From: Thermoplasmata archaeon
GTDB lineage: Archaea > Thermoplasmatota > Thermoplasmata > Lutacidiplasmatales > UBA184
Assembly: GCA_021806135.1 (NCBI GenBank)
Contig: JAJZYB010000003.1
Coordinates: 24,393 to 88,392 of the forward strand
Direction of reading: 5' to 3'
Length of the DNA: 64,000 nucleotides
Shown piece after piece: positions 47,821 to 57,280 of this stretch. Made by a program: the position numbers and the translations under genes. The stretch's first letter is position 1, and each line of letters begins with the position of its first letter. The notes beneath the pieces were generated by a model. That model searched no databases. It saw nothing but the letters and a program-made list of their open reading frames with translations, and was not told the origin of the DNA.

Positions 47821-49233
47821 ATGGCCCAGAACTCTGCCGAGTTGACCCCCCTGGATTACACCCGATACGATTTCAAGGACCCGGAGAGCTACAAGGTCCG
47901 GACGCACCGGGGGATCTCGGAGGATATCGTCCGGCAGATCTCGGAGCTCAAGCACGAGCCGGACTGGATGCTGGACTACCGGCTCCGCGCCTACCGACAC
48001 TTCCTGGACCGGCCGATGCCGGACTGGGGCCCCGACCTGTCGGAGATCGATTTCGACGCCTACACCTACTACGCGAACCCCCTGGCCGAGGGGGACACCA
48101 AGAAGCGGTGGGAGGACCTGCCCTCCGACATCCGCAACACCTTCGAGCGGCTGGGGATCCCCAAGGCCGAGCGGGACTACTTTGCCGGGGTGGGCGCCCA
48201 GTACGACAGCGGGACCGTCTACCACAAGATCCGGGACGATCTGGCGAAGAAGGGCGTCATCTTCACGGACACGGACACTGCCGTCCGGGAGCACCCGGAG
48301 ATCCTCCGGAAGTACTTCGGGAAGATCGTGCCGTACAACGACAACAAGTTCTCGGCGCTGAACAGCGCCGTCTGGTCCGGCGGGAGCTTCGTCTACATCC
48401 CCCCGGGGGTGGACGCCGGCATCCCGCTGCAGGCCTATTTCCGGATCAACGCGAATGCCGTCGGTCAGTTCGAGCGGACCCTGATCATCGCCGACAAGGG
48501 CGCCAAGGTCCACTACATCGAGGGATGCACGGCCCCGGTCTATTCGGAGAACTCCCTGCACGCGGCGGTGGTGGAGGTGGTGGCGGAGCCTTCCGCGAAG
48601 GTCCGCTACACCACGGTGCAGAACTGGTCGAAGAACGTCTACAACCTGGTGACGAAGCGGGCCGTGGCCTACGAGAACGCCCTCGTGGAGTGGGTCGACG
48701 GGAACATGGGCAGCCGGGTGACCATGAAGTACCCCTCGGTCTACCTCAAGGGCCGGGGCGCCCGCGCGGACATCCTCTCGGTGGCCTTTGCCTCCGAGGG
48801 GCAGGTCATCGATTCCGGCGCCAAGGCCGTGCACTCCGCCCCGGACACCTCCTCGAAGATCATCTCCAAGTCCATCGCCATTCGGGGGGGGCGGACCTCG
48901 TACCGGGGGCTGCTCCACGTGGCCAAGGGGGCGACCGGAGTGAAGGCGGCGGTCCGCTGCGACGCGCTGCTCCCCGACGCGATCAGCCGCTCGGACACCT
49001 ACCCCTACAACGAGATCCACGAGGAGGACGCCACCATCACCCACGAGGCGGTGGTGGGCAAGATCGGCGAGGAGCAGATCTTCTACCTGATGAGCCGGGG
49101 CCTTCGGGAGTCGGACGCGATCCACCTCATCCTCATGGGATTCCTCGCCGAGTTCGCCAAGGAGCTCCCGGTGGACTATGCGCTGGAGCTCAACCGGCTC
49201 ATCCAGATGGAGATGACCGGGGCGGTCGGCTAA
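47821..49233 (+). CDS. sufB: Fe-S assembly scaffold SufB
   Basis: GAQYDS, NSAVWSGGSF, GQFERTL, YIEGCTAP, LHAAVVE, HEA..GKI, YLMSRG. Confidence 0.96.
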   Translation: MAQNSAELTPLDYTRYDFKDPESYKVRTHRGISEDIVRQISELKHEPDWMLDYRLRAYRHFLDRPMPDWGPDLSEIDFDAYTYYANPLAEGDTKKRWEDLPSDIRNTFERLGIPKAERDYFAGVGAQYDSGTVYHKIRDDLAKKGVIFTDTDTAVREHPEILRKYFGKIVPYNDNKFSALNSAVWSGGSFVYIPPGVDAGIPLQAYFRINANAVGQFERTLIIADKGAKVHYIEGCTAPVYSENSLHAAVVEVVAEPSAKVRYTTVQNWSKNVYNLVTKRAVAYENALVEWVDGNMGSRVTMKYPSVYLKGRGARADILSVAFASEGQVIDSGAKAVHSAPDTSSKIISKSIAIRGGRTSYRGLLHVAKGATGVKAAVRCDALLPDAISRSDTYPYNEIHEEDATITHEAVVGKIGEEQIFYLMSRGLRESDAIHLILMGFLAEFAKELPVDYALELNRLIQMEMTGAVG

Positions 49234-49498
49234 GGCCGCCGCCAGCTTCCCGGGGGGAGGGCGGCGAGCCCCTTCCCCCGGAAGGTCCTCGCCCCGGACA
49301 GACCCCGCCGCTCCCCATCGGCGCTCGGGCGTGGGATATATCCGCCAGGCCGGCCCTTCTCCGGGGAGGATGGGCGCGGCGGGGCCCGGGCCCGGATGGC
49401 CCGGAAAGGCGAGGCGCGCACGACGTGAAGGGCACGTCGCGCGCCTGGCTCAAAGGCCCCGGTCCCCCGCGCGGCTCCGGGTCCGCCGGACCCGGGGC

Positions 49499-50398
49499 AT
49501 GCTCTTCCTGGTCGCCACCCTCCTCGCCGTCGGCGGTGCCGGGCTCCTCGTCTTGAGCGCATTCGAGCCCACCTGGACCTTCAACGCCGTGGAGTCCTCC
49601 GGCCCCTCCCCGGCGGACCAGACCCTCGCCTTCTACCCCGGCAGTTCGTTCACCCAGACCTGCGAGGCCTACTGCCCCTCCCCGGGCTCCTCCATATCGG
49701 TGACCTACGCGGCCTGGGGCCTGACTGGCACCGGCGAGCTGTATGGCGCCTACCAGGTGGTTTGGCTGGCCCTTGGTGCCCTTGGCCTCTTCGTCGCCCT
49801 GGTCGTGGGGCTGGCCGCCCGCCCCTCGCGACGCCAGCAGTACCACCACCGGACGCTCCTCTGGGGGATGCGGCTCGCCGGGCTCCTCCCGCTGGTCGCC
49901 CTGGCGCTGCTCATCGCGGTCCAACCCGGGACCATCGCCGCGGACAGCGCCGGGGCGACGAGCGTGCATTGGGCGGGGGGCTCCCCGTCCCCTTCCCAGA
50001 GCTTTTCGGGGTCCTGCGCGGCAGGCGCTCAGGGCCCGGACGGCTCCTGCCCCGCCGGAGAGACACAGACCTGGGGACCGGGCATCGGGTTCTACCTTTC
50101 CCTGGTGGCGGGGTTCGTCGCCCTGGTCGGATCGGTCTCCCTCAGCCTGGCTCGCCGGGCCCTTCGGGATCCCCGGGGACCGCCGGCCGGGCCCGTGAGC
50201 CTGACCGGAGGGACTCCAGGCACCCGGGTCCCGGGGCTGGAGGCTTCCGGCCTGGGGTCGCTCCGTCCCCCCCCCGCGGGGTTTGACCGACCCCCCATGC
50301 CGGGGCTCGCCCCCGGCGCCTGCCTCCGATGCGGTGCGTTCACTCCGTCTCCGGCCGCCTACTGTCGGATCTGCGGGGAGCGGCTTCCCACTCCATGA
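49499..50398 (+). CDS. Four-TM membrane protein with C-terminal zinc ribbon
   Basis: Four hydrophobic helices, Cys-containing loops, WGPGIGFYL, C-terminal CLRC-x10-CRICG. Start uncertain. Confidence 0.7.
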   Translation: MLFLVATLLAVGGAGLLVLSAFEPTWTFNAVESSGPSPADQTLAFYPGSSFTQTCEAYCPSPGSSISVTYAAWGLTGTGELYGAYQVVWLALGALGLFVALVVGLAARPSRRQQYHHRTLLWGMRLAGLLPLVALALLIAVQPGTIAADSAGATSVHWAGGSPSPSQSFSGSCAAGAQGPDGSCPAGETQTWGPGIGFYLSLVAGFVALVGSVSLSLARRALRDPRGPPAGPVSLTGGTPGTRVPGLEASGLGSLRPPPAGFDRPPMPGLAPGACLRCGAFTPSPAAYCRICGERLPTP

Positions 50399-50466
50399 GA
50401 GCCGGCCGACAGCTCTCCGGGCGGTGGAAGGACGGGCCACCGAAGGGCAACCGCCTGCGCACCGGA

Positions 50467-51111
50467 TCAATGTCGCCGAGCCTGCGTGGAGTAGCTCTCG
50501 AGCGTGGTCTTCAGGACCGGCAGGTGCCGCCGTAGGGTTCCTTCCAACCGGTGGAGATCCTCCGTTTGGAACGTCCCCTCCAACACGAGGGTCAGCGCAT
50601 GCCGCCGGCGTGGATGGACCTCCCGGAGGGTGACCTCCGCCGTCCGTCCGTCCGCCCCGGCGAGGGTGGCGGTGAAGCCGGTCGCGTTCCGGGCCGCCTC
50701 GGATCCGGAGGCATGCAGATGGCCCACCACCTCGTTGAGCGCCTCCCCTCCGCCATGGTCGCCTCCCTCGGGCACTCCCAGATGGCCGGTGGGTAGAAGG
50801 CGCCAGTCGGTCACCCGCCCCAGTCCCATCGTGCCCAGGGCGTGGAGGGTGCCGGAAGCGAGGGTGTAGAGCTCCTCCCGTTCCCGGAGGCGCTGGTCGT
50901 GGAGGGCTGCCCGCAGCTTGTCCAGGAAGGGGATCGGTTCGGCCACCGGCTCCGGACCCGCGAGGTCCACCTGAAGGACCAGCCGATGGAACCGCCGCTT
51001 CGTCGGGATGTGGACCGGTATCCCGGCGGGGTTCTGGATGCCGTAGGGCCCCCCGATGAGGTCCGGGGCCGAGAGGGGGGCCGGTCCGGAAAGCAGAGGG
51101 TCCTTGCCCAT
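50467..51111 (-). CDS. Hypothetical protein
   Basis: Host-like codon usage and globular composition; fills the gap downstream of sufD. Confidence 0.65.
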   Translation of the reverse strand: MGKDPLLSGPAPLSAPDLIGGPYGIQNPAGIPVHIPTKRRFHRLVLQVDLAGPEPVAEPIPFLDKLRAALHDQRLREREELYTLASGTLHALGTMGLGRVTDWRLLPTGHLGVPEGGDHGGGEALNEVVGHLHASGSEAARNATGFTATLAGADGRTAEVTLREVHPRRRHALTLVLEGTFQTEDLHRLEGTLRRHLPVLKTTLESYSTQARRH

Positions 51112-51174
51112 GGCGAGAGGGGAGGGGTGGAACCCCTTTGAGGTTGCCGCGGAACCTTCGGGCGGCCTGCCCGG

Positions 51175-52596
51175 TCAGGCCCGTCCTGCGGTGTCCCGCA
51201 GCTTGGTATCCATGCGCCAGTCTCCGATGGCCCCCCAGCCGACGATGTTCAGGGGAGGGAGGGTGGGGAGCGTCCCCTCGCTCGCCCAGAGGATCGGCCG
51301 CCGGTTCCACCGGGCGTCGAGGGCGGGGTACAGCACCTCCCGGAGCCCCTCCACGGGGGCCCGGTCGAGGACGGCGGAGAGGAAGCCCTCGGCGATCATC
51401 CGGGTGGCCGCGTCCTCGGGGATCCCCCGGGACTCCAGGTAGAAGATCCGCTCCGGGTCGATGGGGGCCACCGAGGAGGAGTGGGTGGCCTTCACGTCCT
51501 TGGCGGAGAGGATCTCGAGTCCGGGTACCGATTCCGAGCGCGCCTCCTTGGAAAGGAGCATGGCGTGCTCCGAGAGGTAGGAGACCACCTTCCGGGTGTC
51601 GGGCTGGATCCGCATCATGCCCCGGCTGGTGCCCCGGGAATGACCTTTGAAGATCCCCCGGGTGATGGATTGTCCCTTGGTGTCGTCCGCCTCGTGCGTG
51701 ATCTCGGTGAAGTTGTTGTACGCGGTCTGCCCATCGCCGTACATCACCTGGAGGTCCTCCACCTCCGAACCCTGGGCGGAGAGGTGGCTCTCGTTTCGCA
51801 CCGCGGTCCGGAAGCCGTCGAACCCCGCCCAGATCCAGCCCAACCGGTCGTTCTGGGAGACCCGGGACTCCCGGCTGTAGAAGGAGACCGTCTGGCTGTC
51901 GGGGGCGTGGACGGTCAGGTAGACCACCTGGGCGTCCTCGGCTGGGCTCGCGTCCACAGCCGAGGAGTACAGGCGGGGTTGGGCCACCGAGGCCGTGACA
52001 TAGACCTCCTCGCTGTAGAGCAGGCGGCTCCGGCGTCCGGGGCGGAGGACCCGCCGGACGATGAGCCCCTCGTCCGGGCGAGTAAAGACCGTGACATCCT
52101 TCACCCGGACCGGGGTGTCGAGTCCGTCGGGGATCGAGAGGTAGACCCCCCGGTTGAACAGCGCACTGTTCAAGGCCCGGAACTTCTCCTCGCGGGGCTC
52201 TCCGGCGTGGAGGAACGCCTCCGCCTCCCGCGGGTGGTCCCAGAGCTCCGGGACGGTCAGGACCATCACGCCCGCCGCCCGCAGCGGCTCCGGTATGGTG
52301 AGATGGCTTCCCGAACGGTCGTGGAAGAGAAGGATGGAACCGGGGTCCGGGTCGGGCAGGCGGACGGACCCGCTGGCCCGGTCCAGCCGGACCTCCTTGA
52401 GCCGGTCGAGCCCGGTGAAGGAGGAGTACTTCTTGAAGAGCGGATCGAGCTCCAGAGGGAGGCCCGCGAAGGCCTGATGGGAACGTTTCCGCTCCTCCGT
52501 CACGAACCCGGGTTCTGGCGCCCCCGCGGTGGCCTCTTCCCACCGGGACCAGGGAAACCACGTCTGGAAACCCGTCTCTTCCACCCGGGCGATCAT
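51175..52596 (-). CDS. sufD: Fe-S assembly protein SufD
   Basis: FRALNSALF, beta-helix core, ESVPGLEI, ATHSSSV, FYLESRGI, MIAEGF. Confidence 0.9.
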   Translation of the reverse strand: MIARVEETGFQTWFPWSRWEEATAGAPEPGFVTEERKRSHQAFAGLPLELDPLFKKYSSFTGLDRLKEVRLDRASGSVRLPDPDPGSILLFHDRSGSHLTIPEPLRAAGVMVLTVPELWDHPREAEAFLHAGEPREEKFRALNSALFNRGVYLSIPDGLDTPVRVKDVTVFTRPDEGLIVRRVLRPGRRSRLLYSEEVYVTASVAQPRLYSSAVDASPAEDAQVVYLTVHAPDSQTVSFYSRESRVSQNDRLGWIWAGFDGFRTAVRNESHLSAQGSEVEDLQVMYGDGQTAYNNFTEITHEADDTKGQSITRGIFKGHSRGTSRGMMRIQPDTRKVVSYLSEHAMLLSKEARSESVPGLEILSAKDVKATHSSSVAPIDPERIFYLESRGIPEDAATRMIAEGFLSAVLDRAPVEGLREVLYPALDARWNRRPILWASEGTLPTLPPLNIVGWGAIGDWRMDTKLRDTAGRA

Positions 52597-52620
52597 ATCG
52601 GCGGGTACGAGGCCCTTCGC

Positions 52621-52669
52621 CTTATAAACGGGTCCTGCCCCCGGGCCTGGCCTACCCCTGGTTTATAAG
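52621..52669. promoter_or_regulatory. Back-to-back divergent TATA boxes for sufD and sufU
   Basis: CTTATAAAC (52621-52629) and GTTTATAAG (52661-52669) are exact reverse complements, each 25-35 nt from a start codon. Confidence 0.65.
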
Positions 52670-52703
52670 GGCCCCGGGAATCAACGACCGGAAGAGGAAG
52701 CTC

Positions 52704-53144
52704 ATGGCCTGGGACATGTACCAGGAACGGATCCTGGACCATTACCGGCGGCCCCGGAACTTCGGGCGGCTGGAGTCGGCCGACCTCACCGGGTCGGAGA
52801 GCAACCCGCTGTGCGGGGACCACATCACCCTGGAGCTCCGCCTGGATTCCGCCCGGGAGCGGCTCGAGGAGGTCCGCTTCTCCGGCGACGGCTGCGCCAT
52901 CTCCATGGCCAGCGCCTCCATGCTCGCCCAGCGGATCCAGGGAAAGCCCTTGACCGAGGTCTCCCAGGTCCGCCGGACCGACGTGGAAGCGATGCTTGGC
53001 ATCCCGTTGTCCCCGGTACGGGTGAAGTGCGCCCTGACCCCCCTGAAGGCGCTCGCCGAGGCTCTGGCCGGGACCCGGACCCCCCTGACCACTTCGGAGG
53101 CTCCCGGCACGGAGACCCCGGGAGTCGGGGAGAGCCCGCCGTGA
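52704..53144 (+). CDS. sufU: SufU/IscU-type scaffold / sulfur-transfer protein
   Basis: YQERILDHY, NPLCGD, GCAISMASAS, VRVKCA. Confidence 0.93.
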   Translation: MAWDMYQERILDHYRRPRNFGRLESADLTGSESNPLCGDHITLELRLDSARERLEEVRFSGDGCAISMASASMLAQRIQGKPLTEVSQVRRTDVEAMLGIPLSPVRVKCALTPLKALAEALAGTRTPLTTSEAPGTETPGVGESPP

Positions 53145-53353
53145 TCGAGGTCGACCAGGACGCCTGCTGTCTCTGTGGGCTCTGCACGGGGGTCTGTCCT
53201 CCGAACGCCCTGGACCTGACCGAGACGTCCTTGAGGGTCCTCTCGAACTGCTCTTCCTGCGGATACTGCGTTCCCTACTGTCCGGTGGGGGCACTCTCCG
53301 GCGGCCGGCCCCGGGCAGGCCCTCACCACCGGGTGGCGTCAGGGGTCCGGTAG
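53141..53353 (+). CDS. 2x[4Fe-4S] ferredoxin
   Basis: From GTG 53141 (overlapping the sufU stop): CCLCGLCTGVCP and CSSCGYCVPYCP. Confidence 0.9.
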   Translation: MIEVDQDACCLCGLCTGVCPPNALDLTETSLRVLSNCSSCGYCVPYCPVGALSGGRPRAGPHHRVASGVR

Positions 53354-53558
53354 GCCGGGGTCCACCCGTGGGCTCTCCTGGTGCCCCGTGGGTCCCAGGG
53401 GCCGCTGGGCAGGGCCTGGGACCATCCCGCCGCCCTGCCCTTCTGCTCGCCTTCGGATCGCCCCGGGTAGCAACGGTCCGTGGGGGAAGCGTTCGGAGGG
53501 GTCGGCCCGACCGGTAACGCAACGTTCAAGGCCCCCGGCCCCGTGGGCTCCTCTCACG

Positions 53559-55064
53559 ATGCCGTTCACCTTGACCGCTTCTTTGGAGGGGCGACCCGTT
53601 CCGGGCCTCCGGGTGCTCCTCGTCGACCCCTACCTGCGGCGGGAGGACCCCATGGAACGCAAGGGGCAGGAGCAGTATCCTTCCCTTGGGCTCCTCTCCC
53701 TCGCCGCCTTCGCCCGGCAACAGGGGGCCGACGTGAGGGTGGTGGACCTCACCTTTGCCCGGGGCCTCGAGCCTTTCGACCGTGCGCTCCGTTCCTTCAC
53801 CCCTGAGGTGGTGGGGGTGCACACCAAGACGCTGACCCTGCCCCGGGCCCTGGCCATCGCCCGGCGGGCCCGGGCCGGCGGTGCGTTCGTCCTGGCGGGA
53901 GGGCCGGATTCCAGCTCCCGTCCCGAGCCCTATCTGGCCGGCGGCTTCGATGCCGTGGCCACCGGGGAGGGGGAGACCACCTTGGTCGACATCCTGCAGG
54001 CAAGGGCCGAGGGCCAGAGCCTCTTCGGCCTGCCCGGGGTCGCCTTCCTGCACGAGGGGACCGTGGTCCAAGGCCCCCCTCGGCCTTTCCTTCCGGACCT
54101 CGATGCCCTTCCCCTCCCGGCCTGGGACCTGATCGACCTGGAGGGCTACCTCTCCCGGTGGAAGCGGTTCACGGGTACCCGACGGATGGCGGTGGTCACC
54201 TCCCGCGGGTGCCCGTTCGATTGCTCCTGGTGCTCCAAACCCACGTTCGGGAGGTCGTTCCGCCAGCGATCCATCCGCTCCGTCCTCCAGGAACTGAGCG
54301 CGCTCCGGGAGCTCTATGGGGTGGACTACGTTCGGATCTGCGACGATGTCTTCGGGATCCAGCGACGCTGGACCGAGGGGTTCTTGGACGCCCTCATCGC
54401 CCGGCGCTGGGGCCTCCAGTTCGAGTGCCTCTCCCGGGCGGACCTCCTGAGGCCGGAGCTCCTTCCCCGCCTGAAGGAAGCGGGGCTCCGCCGGGTCTTC
54501 CTGGGGGTGGAGTCGGGCAGCCAGGCGATGCTGGACCTGATGAACCGGGGGATCACGCTCGGCCAGGTGGAGCGCGCCTCGGCCGCGCTCAGGGCCCACG
54601 GGATCGACCAGTACTGGTTCCTCATGCTGGGGTACCCTGGGGAGACCCTCGGGGACCTGGATGCCACCGTCCGGCTCTTCCGGCGCTTCGCCCCCGAGGA
54701 GTACTCGGTCTCGGTGGCGGTTCCCCTCCCGGGGACCCGGCTCGAAAAGCTCGTGGACGAGGGAGCCGGGGGAGGCTCTCCCCAGGAGAGGCCTTCGCTC
54801 CTCTACGAGGGGGTCTTCCCGCCCCCCGTGTACCGGTGGACCCGCGCCCGGATGCGCTTCTGGCGGAGACTCGACCCGATTACCCGCCGGTACGTCCCCT
54901 TGGTCGGCGAGAAGCTGGGCTCCGCCACGGACTGGTGGAGCCACGAGATCGCGCGGAAGGTCCTCACCGGTGGCCCACCGGCGGAGATCCCGACGCGCGG
55001 TTCCCTTCTCCCGCCCTGGCTATCGAACCTCCTGGCCGGCCCTCCCCCGCGCCGGTCCCGTTGA
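53559..55064 (+). CDS. B12-binding radical SAM protein
   Basis: PSLGLLSLAA, GGP, GEGE, SRGCPFDCSWC, DD.F, GVESGS, LGYPGET. Confidence 0.92.
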   Translation: MPFTLTASLEGRPVPGLRVLLVDPYLRREDPMERKGQEQYPSLGLLSLAAFARQQGADVRVVDLTFARGLEPFDRALRSFTPEVVGVHTKTLTLPRALAIARRARAGGAFVLAGGPDSSSRPEPYLAGGFDAVATGEGETTLVDILQARAEGQSLFGLPGVAFLHEGTVVQGPPRPFLPDLDALPLPAWDLIDLEGYLSRWKRFTGTRRMAVVTSRGCPFDCSWCSKPTFGRSFRQRSIRSVLQELSALRELYGVDYVRICDDVFGIQRRWTEGFLDALIARRWGLQFECLSRADLLRPELLPRLKEAGLRRVFLGVESGSQAMLDLMNRGITLGQVERASAALRAHGIDQYWFLMLGYPGETLGDLDATVRLFRRFAPEEYSVSVAVPLPGTRLEKLVDEGAGGGSPQERPSLLYEGVFPPPVYRWTRARMRFWRRLDPITRRYVPLVGEKLGSATDWWSHEIARKVLTGGPPAEIPTRGSLLPPWLSNLLAGPPPRRSR

Positions 55065-55070
55065 CGGATC

Positions 55071-55199
55071 TTACGGCGAGGTATCCCCCTCCTTCCGGCC
55101 ATGGAGTGGGCAACGTCTTCCGAGGCGGCAGAGCCGGCACTTCTCCGGCTTGACCGGCGGGATCGGTTTCTGCATGCGCCCGTACTTCCTGCGCGGCAT
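55071..55199 (-). CDS. Small basic CxxC-x5-CxxH protein (42 aa)
   Basis: MPRRKYGRMQKPIPPVKPEKCRLCRLGRRCPLHGRKEGDTSP. Mostly G/C third positions; fills the gap between genes. Confidence 0.55.
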   Translation of the reverse strand: MPRRKYGRMQKPIPPVKPEKCRLCRLGRRCPLHGRKEGDTSP

Positions 55200-55282
55200 C
55201 TGTGCTCCGGCCCGGACCTCCGGGGAGAGATGGGGAGCGCCAGACCCGGAAAGCGTTAACCGATCCCTCCCTTCGTCGCGCC

Positions 55283-56389
55283 GTGGAAGAAGGCCGGGGA
55301 GGCCACGCCACGAGCCAGGGTACCCGGGCATTGGCCGACCGCGCCATGGCCGGCGACCGGGCCTGTCCCCAGCACTTCCGGACCTTCGGCGGCCTCACGT
55401 TGGGCTCTCTCGGCATGGGCACGTACCTGGGGGATGCCGACCCCGCCACCGACCTCCGGGTGGCCGCTGCGGTGGCCGAGGGGCTCCGCTCCGGCGCGAT
55501 GAACGTGGTGGACACGGCGATCAACTACCGGCACCAACGGGCGGAGCGGTCGGTGGGTCGGGCGCTCCAGGAGGGGTTCCGGAAGGGCTGGTTCTCCCGG
55601 GACGAGGTCTTCGTGAGCACCAAGGGGGGGTACCTCGCTCCCGACTCCGAGTCCGGGCTCCCCGCTGCCGTCTGGATCGCCCGGGAGATCTTCGGGACCG
55701 GGGCGCTCCGGCCCGAGCAGGTGGTCGGAGGAAGCCATGCGATGGCGGTCCCCTACCTGCGGGACCAGCTGGCCCGGAGCCTTCAGAACCTCGGGTTGGA
55801 GACCGTGGACCTCCTCTACCTGCACAACGCCGCCGAGGCCGAGATGGAAGCGATCGGTCCCCGGCCGTTCGAAGAGCGGCTCCGGGAGGCCTTCGCCTTC
55901 TACGAGGAGGCCCGACGGATCGGGCGGATCCGCTGGTACGGCCTGGCGACCTGGGACTCCCTGAGGATGGGCCGTTCGGAGCCGGGGTATCTCTCCCTGG
56001 AAAGGACCGTGGAGCTCGCCCGGGAGGTGGGAGGGGACGAGCACGGTTTCCGGTTCATCCAGTTCCCCCTGAATCCGGTGATGCCCGAGGCCGCCGTCCT
56101 GCGTAACCAGCGGGTCGGTTCCCGATCGCTGACGCTGCTGGAAGCGGCGGGAGCCCTCGGGGTCGGTACCTTCTCCTCGGTACCCCTCCTTCAGGGCGAG
56201 GCGCTGGGGCAGATCCCGCCCACCGGAGCGCTCACCGGGGCGCAACCGGTGCTCCAGTTCAGCCGCTCGGCGCCGGGGCACCTGACCACCCTGGTCGGAC
56301 AGAAGGACCCGGCCCATGTCCCGGAGAACCTGGCCCTTGCCCGGTTCCCACCGGTCGAGGAAGCGACGTTCAGGTCCTGGCTTCCCTGA
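55283..56389 (+). CDS. Aldo/keto reductase
   Basis: SLGMGTY, VDTAINY, VSTKGG, SLQNLGLETVDLLYLHN, IQFPLN. Start approximate. Confidence 0.9.
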   Translation: MEEGRGGHATSQGTRALADRAMAGDRACPQHFRTFGGLTLGSLGMGTYLGDADPATDLRVAAAVAEGLRSGAMNVVDTAINYRHQRAERSVGRALQEGFRKGWFSRDEVFVSTKGGYLAPDSESGLPAAVWIAREIFGTGALRPEQVVGGSHAMAVPYLRDQLARSLQNLGLETVDLLYLHNAAEAEMEAIGPRPFEERLREAFAFYEEARRIGRIRWYGLATWDSLRMGRSEPGYLSLERTVELAREVGGDEHGFRFIQFPLNPVMPEAAVLRNQRVGSRSLTLLEAAGALGVGTFSSVPLLQGEALGQIPPTGALTGAQPVLQFSRSAPGHLTTLVGQKDPAHVPENLALARFPPVEEATFRSWLP

Positions 56390-56401
56390 GCCGTGCCGGG
56401 C

Positions 56402-56806
56402 TCACTTCCCGGGCGATCGCTTCGCGGGCCCGCGGGCCGGAGCTGCCGGGTCCTTCGCGTCGGCGGACGCAGCTTCGCTCCCGGTCGAGCCGGTCCCCTT
56501 CTTCACGATCGCGGCGAGCATGCCGAGCAGTGGCCCCGCCATGAGCAGGAACTCCTCGGTCCCGATGGTGATCCCGCCACTTCCCGAGGGGGCAGGGGGG
56601 ACCACCAAGACGGCCTCCGCCCGCGGCGCCCTCGGCGACATGGCCGGCGGCGGGGGGGGCTGGGCCATGCGCCGGAGCCCCTCCATCTCCCGGGACATGA
56701 GCGAGAAGAGTTCGGTGGCCTCCTCCATGGTGATCTCCCGGTTGGTGAGCCGCTGCATGAGGTAGACCCGCCGCTCGGGCGAGGGGTTTGCCCTCGGGTA
56801 GGCCAT
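56402..56806 (-). CDS. Hypothetical protein with one hydrophobic segment
   Basis: Host-like codons; TTATT upstream. Confidence 0.6.
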   Translation of the reverse strand: MAYPRANPSPERRVYLMQRLTNREITMEEATELFSLMSREMEGLRRMAQPPPPPAMSPRAPRAEAVLVVPPAPSGSGGITIGTEEFLLMAGPLLGMLAAIVKKGTGSTGSEAASADAKDPAAPARGPAKRSPGK

Positions 56807-56892
56807 GGCCCGGGCAGGGCGCGGCCCGTCAATAACCCTTCGTCCGTCGGTTTCCCCCTACGCTTATAGCCCACCGTTCAGTGGGATTCCCC

Positions 56893-57252
56893 ATGAGCAG
56901 CCCGACCCCTCCCCCGCCGTCGCCCCCCCGCCATCTCCATGTCCGTCTGGTGGACGAGAGGGGCGCCATCTATGACCACCTCACGGAGTACCTGAAGGTG
57001 GCCGGGAAGGCCCCCGACTGGTATTGGCGGACCGTCGGACGCCTGGAGGGGCAGGAGGAGGAGAACATGGAGGAACTGCTCTCCAGCGCGTTCGAGGCCG
57101 GTGCCTATCTCGCCCACGAGCATCCGGAGGCGCTCGGCTTCTCCTGGGTCACGGAGGCGGAGTGTGAACGCGAAAGGAAGGCCGGGGAGCCCGCGGGGGG
57201 GAAGGACGAACAGCGCCAGCGGGACCGGGCCGCCCTGAGCCACTACGCCTGA
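56893..57252 (+). CDS. Hypothetical protein
   Basis: Host-like codons; CTTATAG TATA-like box about 25 nt upstream of ATG 56893. Confidence 0.65.
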   Translation: MSSPTPPPPSPPRHLHVRLVDERGAIYDHLTEYLKVAGKAPDWYWRTVGRLEGQEEENMEELLSSAFEAGAYLAHEHPEALGFSWVTEAECERERKAGEPAGGKDEQRQRDRAALSHYA

Positions 57253-57280
57253 GCCCCCGGGACGGCGGGAGGCCCTGGAG

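Noticed and set aside
46489-49125. 878-aa minus-strand ORF (also 33567-36929, 49199-52561, 579-2303, 21739-23385 and many others)
   Set aside because: Antisense or alternate-frame shadows of clear genes; high GC suppresses stop codons and the translations have no recognisable motifs.
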